Below the pieces are notes generated by a model. That model searched no databases. It saw nothing but the letters and a program-made list of their open reading frames with translations, and had not been told where the DNA came from. From Azolla caroliniana (Eukaryota; Plantae; Polypodiophyta), in assembly GCA_043228905.1 (NCBI GenBank), contig JBHGNT010000004.1, forward strand, positions 2,294,001-2,358,000: a stretch of DNA of 64,000 bases, in the 5' to 3' direction. Made by a program: the position numbers and the translations under genes. Numbering within the stretch: position 1 is the stretch's first letter; each line of letters starts with the position of its first letter. Shown in pieces: positions 11,650 through 25,199 of the stretch.

Positions 11650-13100
11650 TCTTTCATGGCACACATTCAAGGATGCAAGAAGATAAATCAATGTAGTCGC
11701 TTTTCTATTGATGAAAATGATCTAGATCAGTTTGGGATGTTACTCCTACAAATGGACTTACTACAAATGGTGATTCCTTATGTCCCAACATTTTTATTGC
11801 TTATTGCAAATGGTGTAACAGTATGTCCCAACACTAATGATGTTACATGTAGAAAACACTATGGAAATAGTGTGATTGATTATATGCTATGTTCCAAAGA
11901 TATTTTGGTCTAATTGCATATGCAAATTCTCTATTGGTGAATGGACACTGGAATGTGACTATAAGACTTCGTGTATTGACCTCAAATGTATGAAAAGGTT
12001 GGAGTGTGAGAAGGTCACGAAAGACATTAAATAATTGTATTTGAGCATGAACCTTAGATGAGCGCCCATCTATTTAAAGATGGTCGAGGATATATTACAA
12101 ATTGTAAAGATACAATATACTATTACATTAAGAAATTGGTGTCTTGAAAGGCAAGCTTTCTTCAACATATAAAGGCCGAAATGCCCAAGTGGACGAGAAA
12201 GGAAGCACATGCATGGATAAGTTATATGTTTCATCATATATTGAAATGTGGCATGCCCTACAATTGGGTAATGAATTGGTTTAAACCTTTACACAAAGAT
12301 GGAGATGTAAATAATATAAACAACTATCAGACCATCATCACGGGCTCACTAATGGCCAAACTATTTTAATATATATAATGGATTCAAATGTATGGGCTAA
12401 AACTAATGATAATAGAGAATGTGGAAAAACTAGCTCTCAAAAACACCATAACACCATTCATCACCTTGTCAACCTCCGAGTATAAACAGAAGAAAGTCAC
12501 TTGACAGGTAAGGGTTTATATTAATAGAAGAAAGTCATTTGCTTTATATACTTCAAGAAAGCTTTTAATATGTCACCTCCTAAGAATATTTGGAGGCTCA
12601 TGGAAGAAGTGGAGTGCCAAGTGAACCTATAAAAAGGTTATATATTGTAAGTGTATGTGCGATTAAATTTCAATTTCCTAAACATATGCTTTCAATTTCT
12701 TGAACTTATAAGAAGGTTATATATTGTAAGCGTATGTGCAATTAAATTTCAAATTTTTCAATAGCATTGTGGGTGTTAAGCAAGGATGTCCATTCTCACC
12801 AACTCTATTTGGTCTATGCATTGATTATTTCGAATAAATGATTGCCAAGTTTATAAAGGCAGAAGGCATTGAAGAAGTCATCGGGAATGTAGTGATCATG
12901 CTTTTATGCAGACGATATGGTACTTTTTGCGAATACTTTAGGAGATGCACAAAAGCTTATAAAGGCATTGGAAGAGTTTTGCACGCGTACAAAGTTGAGT
13001 CTCAATAGCTCTAAAACAAGATTATGCTCTAAAACAAGTTCCTTCAAATCATAGATGCAATGTTTATGTTGCAATTAGATGCAAGATATGAGAAGATAGC
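11650..13100 (+). mobile_element. Degenerate non-LTR retrotransposon (LINE endonuclease end plus RT)
   Basis: GNSVIDYML (~11860), KPLHKDGDVNNINNYQTI (~12285), FKKAF (~12552), VGVKQGCPFSPTLFG (~12769), YADD (~12905); many stops and frameshifts. Confidence 0.75.
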
Positions 13101-15632
13101 TTGTAATATGGGATACAACACCTTCATGATTCATAAATAGATTCTTCTCTCTAAATGAGGCATTTTTGCAATGTATAATGACATGGAAAAATTACCGGAT
13201 TCATGCTTAAACGTTATGATGCTTATGTTCTACCTAACTACAAAATCATATACTAGCCTTGTGCACAGTTGTCATTGTCAAAACAATGGCATCTATGAGG
13301 TTGATATTATAGTGTAATTTAAATCTATATCTCATGCAGTTGGCAAAACCGAATATTCCTTTTCTTATAGTGTAATATATCTCAAAAGCAATGCTTTGAG
13401 AGTTCTTAAAATCTAGTCCTCTTTGCATAATCTATACTCGTCTATGCATCTAGGACTCAACATTGATTCTTAGAGACGAAATTTTGGCCTCTCAAATATA
13501 CCCTTAAAACATGTTACACACAATTGATTTAATAAGAATAAGGATACATTATGGACATGATAGTTTGAACTTTGTATTATGTAATATTCTATAAATGATA
13601 GATTTCTAAGGTACTTCGGAAATTGAAACACATTTCTTACACATGTTTGGATGAGTTATATTGTGCCTAAAAACTTGTGGAATTTGTCTTTCGTGATTTT
13701 GATAGTAAAATTTTTTGTGCATGATCATTTTCCATGGTCATTAAGAAACCATGAAATCAACATGGTATGAATCATGTCAATTTATCCCGAACAATTGTAG
13801 ATCCACAACGTCATAGGCCTAAGAAATATAAGAAGAATTCGAATACTTGACGTAAACTAAAGGAGTTTTAATGTGCTACGGCTTTGACGATTAAACACTT
13901 TTGATTGAACATATATGCACAACTTTATTATCCTCAAACTTGTGGAGCTTGTATTTTGTCATGGCTTACGTAATAAATGCACATTTGCAATTTAATGATA
14001 TTTTTCCTTGATCAAGTTGGGTGGGCCATGTTGAATTCACAAAAGCATTACACTATAGGTCATAGGACCTCGGTGCATTGAAGTAATAGTAATATGTGGG
14101 ATTTGTAAGGAACAAGTATGCATACCCTCCGATATTTCAAGGACACATGTGGAAAGTTACATTTTGTGATAATTCCAAGTTTCAGCAAAACTCTCAAATC
14201 TAGGATAAAGTTACGGGACTCAAAATCCCTTTCAATGTCTCAAGTATATCATTTCTCATCTTGAATTCGATGATGTGTGCTTACTAGGAAATGCATTATT
14301 ATCGTACCATATGTCCCACAACATTACAGAGCACTAACCATTTTTAAATTGAGAAATTTGATGTGACATGTACAATGAAAAGAAGAGGCAGAAATCAATG
14401 TTTAGATGCTATGACAAATAGTGAAAGTTAGGAACATACAAAAGGATTTGATCCATTATTTAGTTTCACATGCGCATTCTTTAGCAACACAAGCTAAGTG
14501 ATCATTGTTGGAACCCACCTATATATGTTGTATATGATTGATTGTACCATTAGAAACAAATAAAGTGATGGCATGTAGGTTTTCCAAGACTTTTAGCAAC
14601 GTTTTCGATTAACATTCAATTTTCGAATGCTTTTAAAAAGTTTGACAGAGATCAAAGCCGAAAATCTACAAGTAGGGAAGTTCGAAGTGAACTATTGTTT
14701 TTGAGTTGGAAAAACACCTGTTTTTTTATAGCTGGAGGAAGTAGAAAATCGGTATGGTTTCAATATGAGAAACAAGAGGAAGTAGAAAATTGTTATGGTT
14801 TCAATACGAGGAACAATATGTGTAATTATTTCGGATAACCAGCTCACAAAATAGACTTTTAGTCGGTGAATTCTTCACTGCAAAAAAGGTCCTAGTAGTC
14901 CATTAGAAATTAGTAAATCAATCCATTTTGAAGTGCATCAGAGATTCACTTCATAAAAAAATTCTCATGTTCAACTCAACCTTTTGGATGTTTCACTAAT
15001 GATGAACAGCTTTAAACACCTTTCAAAATATAGAATCATTTCCAAAAAATCTCCTCAAAACGAGCTCAATGACGAGTGTATAATATTATTGTTGATCTAC
15101 GAATTAATTCATATTGTGGTATATAGGAGGCTGAGATACCCTTGCTACATCAATTGATTTTTTAGAGCTGTCCTATTTTTAGGTTATTTTGAACTAGTTT
15201 ATCTATTAAGGATGAGAAACAAAAGATAATATGGCTTCAATGGACTCTGATAAGAATTGCATTAACCAGGGTTCCCAAAAGAGAGACCACAATGGTGAGA
15301 CCCATTTACAGACACCGGAAGGAGATCACAACGAAAAGATCAACAGAACTAGGAGAAGACATCCAAAATCTGCGAAAGTTCCAAAGGATGGATAGAAAAC
15401 CAAGGATTGTAGGGTTTGCATTAGAAAATCTCACAAAACAATGTTTTGTCACAAGCATTGCATGCAATGGTCTTGTTGATGGGGGAAAGATATGTATGTG
15501 TACATGTTTGATAAGAGACGGAAATTGTTGATATTCAAATACATAAACAAAAAATTGCCACAATACATAACAGGAAGCCATGACAACCCTCCTTCAAGGA
15601 GTCACTAATATACAACATTCCATGTCAATTGA

Positions 15633-15721
15633 TAGGGTCTTGGGTTTAAGATTAAGAGGTTTACATTTTAGAGGCTAGGGTTTTAGGATTACAGGGATGA
15701 GGGTTTAGGGTTTAGGGTTTT
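15633..15721 (+). repeat. Short interstitial telomere-like (TTTAGGG) tract, degenerating leftwards
   Basis: AGGGTTTAGGGTTTAGGGTTT at 15700-15720 plus decayed copies; lies just 3' of the MYC stop codon. Confidence 0.6.
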
Positions 15722-15777
15722 CAACTCACTGCTACTTACCTCGAGCTATCTTGCACGCATACACACAAAGTGAAGCA

Positions 15778-18606
15778 TCATGAAGAAACATTGCCACTGA
15801 GTGTATGAGATGAAAGGGCATCAATCAGTTGTTCCTTAGTCATTTGGAATAGGCCACCTTTCTTCATCTTCACAATGACCTTCTGGAGGATTGTGTCTTG
15901 AACAAGTGCCACAGTTGCATGGTGTACCTCCAATTGCATCTCCTCCAAAGTTAGCATGAACTTTGCCACGACATTTTGCTCGAACCTCGAGCTTTCTACC
16001 TGTAGAAGAGCTTCTCTCCCACGAATAAACTCAACACTGACAACCAACTTTCCATGTGTATATGATGAACTAATTGGGTTGTTTCGACTACTGCCACCAC
16101 TATAGCTAGTCTCTTTCCAAGTGGGTGGCGAAACAAGGTTTTTTTCCCCAGACTTTTGAAAGTTCCCGCTAGGAGAGACGATCTTATTATCAGCTTTTTT
16201 CCCTTCATTTAGCTTCCCGAGTAGCTTTTTCCTCTCAATTTCTAGGCTTTGAACCTTAGACCTAAGCTCCTCTATGTATGAGGTTGCATCAGCTAACAGT
16301 GAAGCTTTATCCATCCTAGACACATTGGGCACTACAGCTCTCAGTGCATAGAACCTTTGATTCATCTTCTCACGTCTCTGTCGCTCAGCTTCAACATGGT
16401 TCAATGGTTCTTCTCTCCCATTGGCTGGCTTTCTACCCCTTTTCCTAGGTTTCTTTTCGCTTATAGATTGACTACAATCCACATCTTTGAATGACGCTTC
16501 GGCATCCGAAAGTTCCGATTCGACACTCGAATGGAGATTACCAGCAGGTTGTTCATTCAACAAAACATCTTTCCCTTCATTCATTGACTCTCCTTTCTTC
16601 CTTCCCTTTGTATTCTTCTTGTTTTCACATGCGAATGTTTCAGCATTACTACCTTTCACATCTAGCTGATCACACATGGTATCAGTAACACTGGGTGTAT
16701 GTGTCGCAGTGCCACTACCCCATTGTCTGTTATTAAAATGGTCCTTGGAACTCTCACTACTTTTCACTGAGGATGCTTCCACTTGTTGATGGTTACCATA
16801 TGTTTTCTTCGCGAATACATCAATGCTTGATATGTCACCCACCTTTTCACCATTTTCACTAGGGGCATTCATTAGATGTTTATCCAAGTAGCTTAATTGT
16901 GCATTCTCTCCTCTTTCGACTAGTTGGCTATGAATCTTCCGTTCAAGTGATTTGAATTCATGGTAGATCTGTGATCCAAGTGAGGACTGGCCTCGATCCT
17001 GGTCATCAATTTGTTTCGCAGTCGAATTCAGGTATGGCTGAGACACATCAAATGGACTAAAATTCTGCGTGTATGAATCCGTCATGATTTGACCCTGGAC
17101 AATTGATTTCTTCTCACATTCTAGATCTTCTATCTTCTTAGACTCTTGCTGGTCTTGAGCTACTACTACCATAGTCTTTGCGGCATCATTAGAGCCTTCT
17201 ACTAGCATTGGGTTCTTATCAAGCTGCCCTCCTTCAAAGGCACTACTATCCTTGCCTTGCTTGGAATAGTGGTTATAATGAAGCACGTCTAAACGTGCCC
17301 CCATCTTCTTGTTTCCATCTTCAAATTCTGTCTTCTGAAATATTTGTTGCCACATCGACATGTCACTATCATGACCTGGAAACAGGTTGTCGGAATATGG
17401 GCTATTTTGGTGAAGCAATATATTCTGCTGTTGCAACGCATCTCCATGAGGTGCCTCGTGATTAACGAGACTACTTCGTCCAGTCTTTTCAATGTTGACT
17501 AGACCACTCACCTGTTGACCTTTTTCGGTGATCATGTCTGGAGTGGTCAAACCCAATGAAGAAGTAGAACCCACCTTCACCATCAGGGTTTGGCCTGAGT
17601 CAACAAGTGCCAGATCGTCAACGACAGGTGCGTTCAAGTAACCAAACTCACTGCCCGTAAAACTCGGGTTGTTAGTTTCATTGAAGTCAACCATCCTGAG
17701 AGGGCTAACTGAGAAATACGACATATCCATGTTATTGTTGTTACTAGGCATCATTATCGAGGGTTCGAAAACCTCTTGGACAAAGTTGAGAAATGCACGA
17801 TCCTCATCGATGATATCGGTAGATCCAAGCTCGACCACGCCATTTTGTGTTGGGACACACAACATTGTTCTGATACCAAACCTATATGCCAACTCGGCTC
17901 TCCGGCAGTTAAAGCCATGGAGTTTTTCTTCGCCGGTGAGCCAGACATGTCGTGTGGTTGCATATGATTGGCCAGGGGTACCGACACCGATTGCGAACGA
18001 GCACATCATAGAGACAAGGAAGAACCACTCAGTATCTGTAACCTCGGTATCAATTGTATCCAAGCCTGGCGTATCATCATCGCCGGTATGTGTTATCAAT
18101 GCTTGCAACTCCCTCAAAATTCTTCGTCGGAGCTGTTGGTCAGCCTCACTAACCGAGATAGGCCTAGGGTTCAAATCTGCTTGCTTTTGGTTGAAGCAAC
18201 CATCGCCCCATCCAAGGACAAATGGTTGTTCAACATGGTGTGCATCGGTGAGTTGCCAGAAGATGGCATAAGTCCACACTTTAGAGCCTGTTTCAACAAG
18301 GGATTGAAGCTTCTGTTGAAGGTTATGGTCTTCATATAAGTGAGCATTGGTAATAACATTAGCACTATGATTGTGATGATTATTAGTATCGATAGTTGTC
18401 GTGGTGGTTACTGGCGGTGCTGCTGAAGTTGATGTTGTTGTTGGAAGAGTATATAATTTAGCTGATTGATGATCTACTGTATTTGTTGAAGATGATTCAT
18501 GCCATAGATTTTCGCTGTTGTTGTCATTAAAAGCTTCCAATATAGCCACATCATCGTAACACCATCTGAACTCAGAAAATAGATCTGTCTCTGTTGTATT
18601 ACTCAT
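15778..18606 (-). CDS. MYC2: MYC2-like bHLH transcription factor (subgroup IIId/e), intronless, 942 aa
   Basis: bHLH-MYC_N/JID region ([35 protein letters not shown]); [61 protein letters not shown] bHLH; C-terminal ACT-like domain (LEVHHA). Confidence 0.93.
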   Translation of the reverse strand: MSNTTETDLFSEFRWCYDDVAILEAFNDNNSENLWHESSSTNTVDHQSAKLYTLPTTTSTSAAPPVTTTTTIDTNNHHNHSANVITNAHLYEDHNLQQKLQSLVETGSKVWTYAIFWQLTDAHHVEQPFVLGWGDGCFNQKQADLNPRPISVSEADQQLRRRILRELQALITHTGDDDTPGLDTIDTEVTDTEWFFLVSMMCSFAIGVGTPGQSYATTRHVWLTGEEKLHGFNCRRAELAYRFGIRTMLCVPTQNGVVELGSTDIIDEDRAFLNFVQEVFEPSIMMPSNNNNMDMSYFSVSPLRMVDFNETNNPSFTGSEFGYLNAPVVDDLALVDSGQTLMVKVGSTSSLGLTTPDMITEKGQQVSGLVNIEKTGRSSLVNHEAPHGDALQQQNILLHQNSPYSDNLFPGHDSDMSMWQQIFQKTEFEDGNKKMGARLDVLHYNHYSKQGKDSSAFEGGQLDKNPMLVEGSNDAAKTMVVVAQDQQESKKIEDLECEKKSIVQGQIMTDSYTQNFSPFDVSQPYLNSTAKQIDDQDRGQSSLGSQIYHEFKSLERKIHSQLVERGENAQLSYLDKHLMNAPSENGEKVGDISSIDVFAKKTYGNHQQVEASSVKSSESSKDHFNNRQWGSGTATHTPSVTDTMCDQLDVKGSNAETFACENKKNTKGRKKGESMNEGKDVLLNEQPAGNLHSSVESELSDAEASFKDVDCSQSISEKKPRKRGRKPANGREEPLNHVEAERQRREKMNQRFYALRAVVPNVSRMDKASLLADATSYIEELRSKVQSLEIERKKLLGKLNEGKKADNKIVSPSGNFQKSGEKNLVSPPTWKETSYSGGSSRNNPISSSYTHGKLVVSVEFIRGREALLQVESSRFEQNVVAKFMLTLEEMQLEVHHATVALVQDTILQKVIVKMKKGGLFQMTKEQLIDALSSHTLSGNVSS

Positions 18607-19159
18607 CTAATCCTTATGGTGGGTTTCCTTTTCCTTGGCTTTTATTTTTCTTGTTTCTTGTATCAAAAAAATTCGTAAGAAGAAAGTAGCAGAGATCAAC
18701 GCTAACCGGCACGCTGAATCATTGAACCCAATTCAACACATAGATGTGCTTTTGTTTTACCTTGGAAAGCTAAAGTTGTTAGAGATCTGGCAGGAGGAGC
18801 ATGGAGGGAGTGAGGAGAGGAAGCCATTCATTCATTCATTCAATGGGTGAGTGGACCACTGCGACTGCGGCTGCTGAGACAGGGACAAAAGACAGGGAGA
18901 CACAGAGAAACAGGGGAAGAGACAGACAGACAGACAGACAGAGAGCCCAAAAAAAAACAGGGGAGGAGGAGAGAATCTGAAAAGAGAAGAAGATGATAAT
19001 TGGAATGAAATGAAATGAAATGATAATATAATGAGAAGAGAGTAAAGTTTTAGAAGAGAGAACCAAAAAAATGAAAAGAAAATGTGAAACGAAATGGAAG
19101 AGACAAGTTGGAAGGAGAGAGAGGGGGGGCTCTGGTGGGCTCTTTACACACACACACAC

Positions 19160-19480
19160 ACACCCCACATGTGCGCGTGTGAGACAGATACAGACAAAGA
19201 GGAGAGGAGCCTCTCGATCGTCTCTCTCTTCGGGTCTCTTCTCAGTTTGTGTCCGCCCGCCCAATCCCCTTCGTCAAGGGAGGCAATATTCAAATTCTGA
19301 AGATTGTTGGTTATCGGGGGGGGGGGGGGGGGGGGGGGGGGGTAGCTCAGGAAAGCTTACATATAGATGGTTATATTGTTGGTAATGGTGTTGCCTCGAT
19401 AACATAGGAAATGGCATGTGTCCCACGTGCTCTCCCCCCCTCGCCTCCCCTAACGCCTTTCTCAAAGAACAAGCACGTAG
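19160..19480 (-). promoter_or_regulatory. Putative MYC upstream region with G-box-like motifs and a G27 run
   Basis: CACGTG at ~19424, CACATG at ~19166, CACGTA at ~19473, G27 at 19316-19342. A CT-rich leader (minus strand) lies at 18880-19130. Confidence 0.35.
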
Positions 19481-20499
19481 TGTTAACATCTATGCAACCC
19501 TTCAACTCCTTTTGCCATATGGAAAAAAGGATGAGAAGTTCGGAAATTCATACGAGCAATGAGAACACATCAACAAGGATTTACTCTATCAACCCCATCT
19601 CAACAAGGAGCTAGGGTGAAATTTTAATCAATTTTGTTTTACTAGCCCTCTTGGGTGAGACAGGATGCCACGTAGCCCCCTCTACATTACTATTTATTCA
19701 CTTCATAAAGTACAAGATAGATGTGAAGGAGAACATGTGCTCTTATGTTTGATGCTCTTTCGAAGGTGTGTAATTTATATATATGTACGTATGTATGTAT
19801 GTATATGTTCTCAATTAAACCACTCCTATCATATCAAGGTTATGCAATTAGAATGTTGCAAGAAGCCACTCATGGTTCCCTATTGAAGATCATTCCCCTC
19901 TCTCAAACTCCCATAAAAAGCTTGAACCTCTGAATCTCATCCTACAACAAGAGTTGAATGTGTGAATATCATTGTACGTATAAGATTAAAGTTGTTTTAA
20001 CCATGTCTCCCTGGACTAACTAAACTTGTTTTTAACTAGTCTATCTCTACAAATAAGGGATGAAACGATTATATTTATTGAAAGTGTAGAGTCTTGATAT
20101 TCTCTGGCTCTACCTCAATGATAAGCATAATAGTGCTTTTGTCTTTTGCATACTAATAACATGTTTAAGATCCCACAATTCTATACTAATAACAATATGC
20201 ATAAGCTTCTACATACTTGCAATAAGTGTGTGCAAAATTAGTCAATCAGGACATGGTTTGCATGAGAGCAACTTTAATGTTACGTTGTTTTCTGTTGTCG
20301 ACCTTATGTCAGTGTTGCATGTGAACACATACCTTGATCTCGTTAACTAATGACAATGCATGACATGTGATCAAATGATGACACGGTTGGATCCTAGAGA
20401 AATCTAGTTTGTGTGCTCAACGATAATGCCTCCCTTTTGGATACTTTTTTGTAACTATACAGAGTAGTTGATGAATTGAAATGACCTTTTCAAATATTA

Positions 20500-22000
20500 C
20501 GAATATCTTTATTCTCGTCCAATTGTAGAAACATCACCAACTTCGAGGTAGAAGCAACGTGGAAACTCATGCCCTATCCAATTAATGAAGAAGAAATTTG
20601 TAGAAAGAAAGATGAACAAGGTTCACACGAAGAAATCATAGTTCCTCACATCCAAGATAAGGTTGCACACCACCTATTGACTCAGCCCTCCTTCAATAAT
20701 TGTACTACTTATATTCTTTTTCTTTGACAATAACTTTCTTAATACTTTGTATGGAAAGATAAAACCAATAGGTATTTTACATAACAACCAATGTGTTGGT
20801 AGTCATGCTTAAAGTGCCTTGCCATGAGCCTCCTTCATCATTGCCCTCACATATGAGCAATTCATATTGATGTATGTAGATCATTTTATTGTTTGGATTT
20901 CAATGTTCGTTTCTATATTCTATATTTGTAGGGGGGTTTATCAATTTTTCAAAGGATAATTGTGCACCATAATTTTATCCCCATAACATTAAAATTGGAT
21001 TGTTATTGCTACAACATGATTACCTACAATGTTGATCGGTATTGGATGTCTTTTTTGTTTGCGAGTGGGTATATTTTACTTAAAATTTTCTAAAGCCAAG
21101 ACCCATATAAAACTAAAGATACTAAGATTTAAGCTCGTCTATCTATACACACAAGCGCGCGCGTACACACACACACACACACACGAATGTTAACCACTAG
21201 TTCCTTTATTAATTGCAACATAACAACCTTCTTACATAAGAGTTCTCATCCATAAAACGATATGGACTAATTGTACCAAAAATAAATCAATGTCCCCTTC
21301 TTGATAGTAACAACTCCTTAGCTTCAAAATCTACTTTAACTAATTAGAGTCAAACCGCATCCAATATGACCCAATCAATCTATTCAATTTCCAAATGGAG
21401 TGCATAAACTCATTTTTTGGGGGGGAGGGGAGAGATTAAAAACAATTCAATATGCTTTTGCCTTTAATATTATGTATGGATATGCAACATCTAGGGCCTA
21501 CGAGTTATTCGAGAGTAAGAACATTATGTGTAGAATTATCCATCCTACATTTTGCATGAATCACAATTTTGGTATCTTTTTCCTCTACCTAAATTGCATT
21601 AGAATGTCATGTGAATGTGATCAAGAATGTTCTGGCTTTGCTACCTACCCAACATATGTACATATTGTATTACACGACTCTTTCATAGTCTTCTTCCATA
21701 GGTACTGTAACTAGGGTAGCTTTTACATTTACTAGCTATACTATTTTATAGTTTATAATTCAACTCACACATCATATAATATCACGATTGCAACACTTCT
21801 AGGTGTTATAGGCCACTTTAGGCCTTACAAACATTAATGTGCTCTTTCTTTGTTTCATTGCTCTTGTGTCAATCTTAATCTCTCTATTAAACCTATGCAC
21901 GAAAACTTGGGAACCACAAAGAAACAAGCCCTTCACAAAAATGTGAATATAAACATGAATCATGATGACTCGTACCATCACCATCACCATACAAACCTAC
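20500..22000 (-). mobile_element. Highly decayed Ty3/gypsy-like integrase remnants; boundaries uncertain
   Basis: Minus-strand fragments only loosely resemble the integrase zinc-binding region: ELLICEGNDEGG..YW (~20770-20860) and YLWKK..VAKPEH (~21625-21710). Confidence 0.3.
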
Positions 22001-25000
22001 ATAATTATCCAATCCCATCCTAATGAATCGTCGTTGTGTTTCCACATTCATACCACTCTTTGTGATCTCATATGGGAAGGCTATGTAGGAAAGAGAATGT
22101 TGGCCTATAAGATCCAGTGAAGATCCACGTATGGATTTAACTAGATTTATAATTAGTAACCTGATAAATTCATTAAATTACAATATCCTCACATTGGCAA
22201 AACTATATATAACATGGACAAATGACAAAGTATAGAAACACAACTATAAGATTGAGAGACAAAAGTGATTTGTTACAAACAAATGTTATTCAAACTCAAC
22301 CACAAATGTCCAACTTCATAGTGAACCATTGTAAACCTTGGGAATTTCAACTCACAAAAATATTAGGTTAGATGTCTTAGCCTAGTCATGGACTTAAGAA
22401 AGGGGAATGTCATCAATAAATATATGTATATGCAAGTGATCCTTTTGGCCCAAAATCATGAACAATCGCTATTTGTTTATAATATATTTTGGTTTATTTA
22501 AGCAGGGGCCGTAAAGCAATAACAAAAGTTTGAAAGAGATCTATAACCAAGAAATAAGATCATGTTAAACTAGTTCGAATGTATTTACCATTACAATATA
22601 TGCTTATGCTATAGTATAGTAAGGTTGGCATTAAAATGTTTATTAATCGATCCTTAAATCTATGTGCATAAGGTGGGGTAAATCACATGATGTCCTCTAC
22701 ACTAGAGCATTTTAAAAAGGAAACGCCACTCTTTTTCCTACACCTCATAAAAAACTACTTTGCTTTTTCTTACTTGAGCACATAAAAAGGAAATTTCACA
22801 CTTTTTCCTACACCAGGCACCTCATAAAAATCTACTTTGCGTTTTCTTACTTGAGCACATAAAAAGGTCCCACTTCATTTGGAATCCCGACTTCCAAAAT
22901 TTTGGGAAATACAAATTCATCTTTCTGTTTTTTTAAGATTCACCTTGGTATTAACGGAAAGATGCCCAAAGGCCTCAAAGAACTCATACATGAAAACACA
23001 ACTAGCATACCCACATCCACCAACATGTCGAAGAACAAAAGATCATCTTCTAATTTGAAAACAAACTCATCTTCTAATTTGAAAACATTGAAGAACTTTG
23101 TAACTTAACCCAATAAAAAGTAATGCCTTTTTTTCATCGATATCTAGACTCGTGCATGTATGCACCAATTTGTTGCTTGGCTCTTTGACTTGTTTGGAAA
23201 AGACAAGTAAATATGAGTTCTCCACTTACGAGCATTTGGAGGGGTGTTCTTCCGGGGAAAAAGAACACTAAGAAAGAGAATTCCTTTCCATTTTCAAGGT
23301 TGACTAAAAATATTTCTTTTCCATTTTCAAGGTTGCTAGAACTTTTCATTTTACAATGAAGTCGATCCAATATATGTTTTCGCAATTATGCCTAGATTTG
23401 GCCAAAAAGGAGATCTCAAGATACATTTTTTAGTTCCATATGAATTTTGGATATTTGTTATCTGTTATTCATTTAGTATTATTAATGGATTGTCTGTGGC
23501 CATTTTGCAACAAATAAACGACGAGGATGGGAGGTTGAAATCTTGGCCTAAGGCATAGCACGAGATTCGAAAATTTAAAATTTCCATTAAACAAGAATAT
23601 TGAGAAAAATAATTCAAATGTCCTCCAAAAAGTGTTTTTTGTAGTCGTCAATGCATTGATAGAGGAAACCTTGAAAACAAAAGACAAAACCAAGGTAGTT
23701 TGACAACTAAGAATTGAAGGGCAAGAAAATTTTGTGCAACTACGAGAAACATACATCAAGAAAATAAATTGTGCCTTTGTGGTAGCTTTTCACATTGATC
23801 TTGAAGGGCATTATGGTGAGGACATCATCATGCCATGCAAACATTTACTTAATCTATACAAGTTTCTTATGTGCAAAGGGAATTTTGTTTTATATATAAG
23901 AGAGGGTCCATCAATGTGTGAATGCAAAATGTTCAAAACTTCAACTTCATCATTCAATCATTCATTTATTTCATACTTTCCCATGTTTCTTTATTCTTTT
24001 CACATTCACCATGTGGATATTATTAGTTTAATTTGATCAAGATCTCATTCATGACCTCCAACCTAGCATGGCCACTTTCAAGTAGCGATGCAACCATTAT
24101 ATAATAACCACAACCTTGCCTAATTTCAAGACTTCACGGTTATCTACGTGGGGTTTATAGTACCTTTCAATCTACTCTTAACCTTGGTTCAACATCCATA
24201 TTCATTCATCTTCTATAATGAAATCAAGGTATGATAAATTTTGTACCTCCTATCACTTTGGATGACTTTCTTTCACACCAATAGTATGGTAATTTGCAAT
24301 TGCATTCATCAATGCATTGAAGGTCATTGTAATCTTGAGTCACCCTTAGCAGAAGTCAAAATTCTTGATATGATAGTTTTGCATATCAAGAAACATATAA
24401 AAACAAAAGTTCAACCACCACCCAAAAGGAGGTTTGATGTAGGGACAAAATGTCCAACATAGTTTTTCTCTTTTGGGTGGGGGGGGTGGGGTACCCTTCA
24501 TGATTTTTGAAAAGCTTTTTTGCCACATGATTTGAGGTATGCTAAACCATGAATTAAAAATGTACCACATTCACATTGTAGTTGACATTAAAGTGGATCA
24601 TATTGTACCCATTTTGTATACAAGGCTCACCCAATCTCACAAAAAGAATTTCCCCAACCATGACCATAAGAAATATCAAACTTGTTCCTGTTACATGTAC
24701 ATCACTAACAGATCCATATTGGTGCAACTGTGAGAGGAGATGAAAAGGTGAAAAGGATCTCATTCGAACGAACAAATTTTACTCCAAAATGCATATAACC
24801 AAAATTTGAATTGCAATTACTAACCTCTACCAAGAGATTCTACATTGTCATCAACTTGTCCCTCCGACAATGGGAGCCTAAAAAACCAGTGTTTCACTAT
24901 CCTCCAAAACTCGCTACTTTTGCAATCCAAGCAGCTAGTGGGATTGAGACAAGGAGTCGAAGAATCACCACCCAACTCATGATCAAGTTCACAAGGATAT

Positions 25001-25199
25001 TATTCCAAGGGTGGGTTGCTTACAATGAGATGGGGATGAAGCCTCCTCCACATGCCTAGCCACTTGGTCATATGTACTTGTCTTCAGGTTACATACCACC
25101 CTTCAATTTTAGTGTAATGGACTCTACACCATTGATGCACACATGCATGGAAATAGATAGCAAATGAATATAATTCTTTGAATGTTACAAACCATTTTC

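Noticed and set aside
18836-19385. ORFs upstream of MYC as separate genes
   Set aside because: Low-complexity CT/GA-rich leader and promoter sequence with no recognisable domain.
23734-24036. SWIM zinc-finger-like PCKHL motif
   Set aside because: The CxC half of the motif is missing and the surroundings are full of stops. At most a decayed DNA-transposon fragment, too weak to call.
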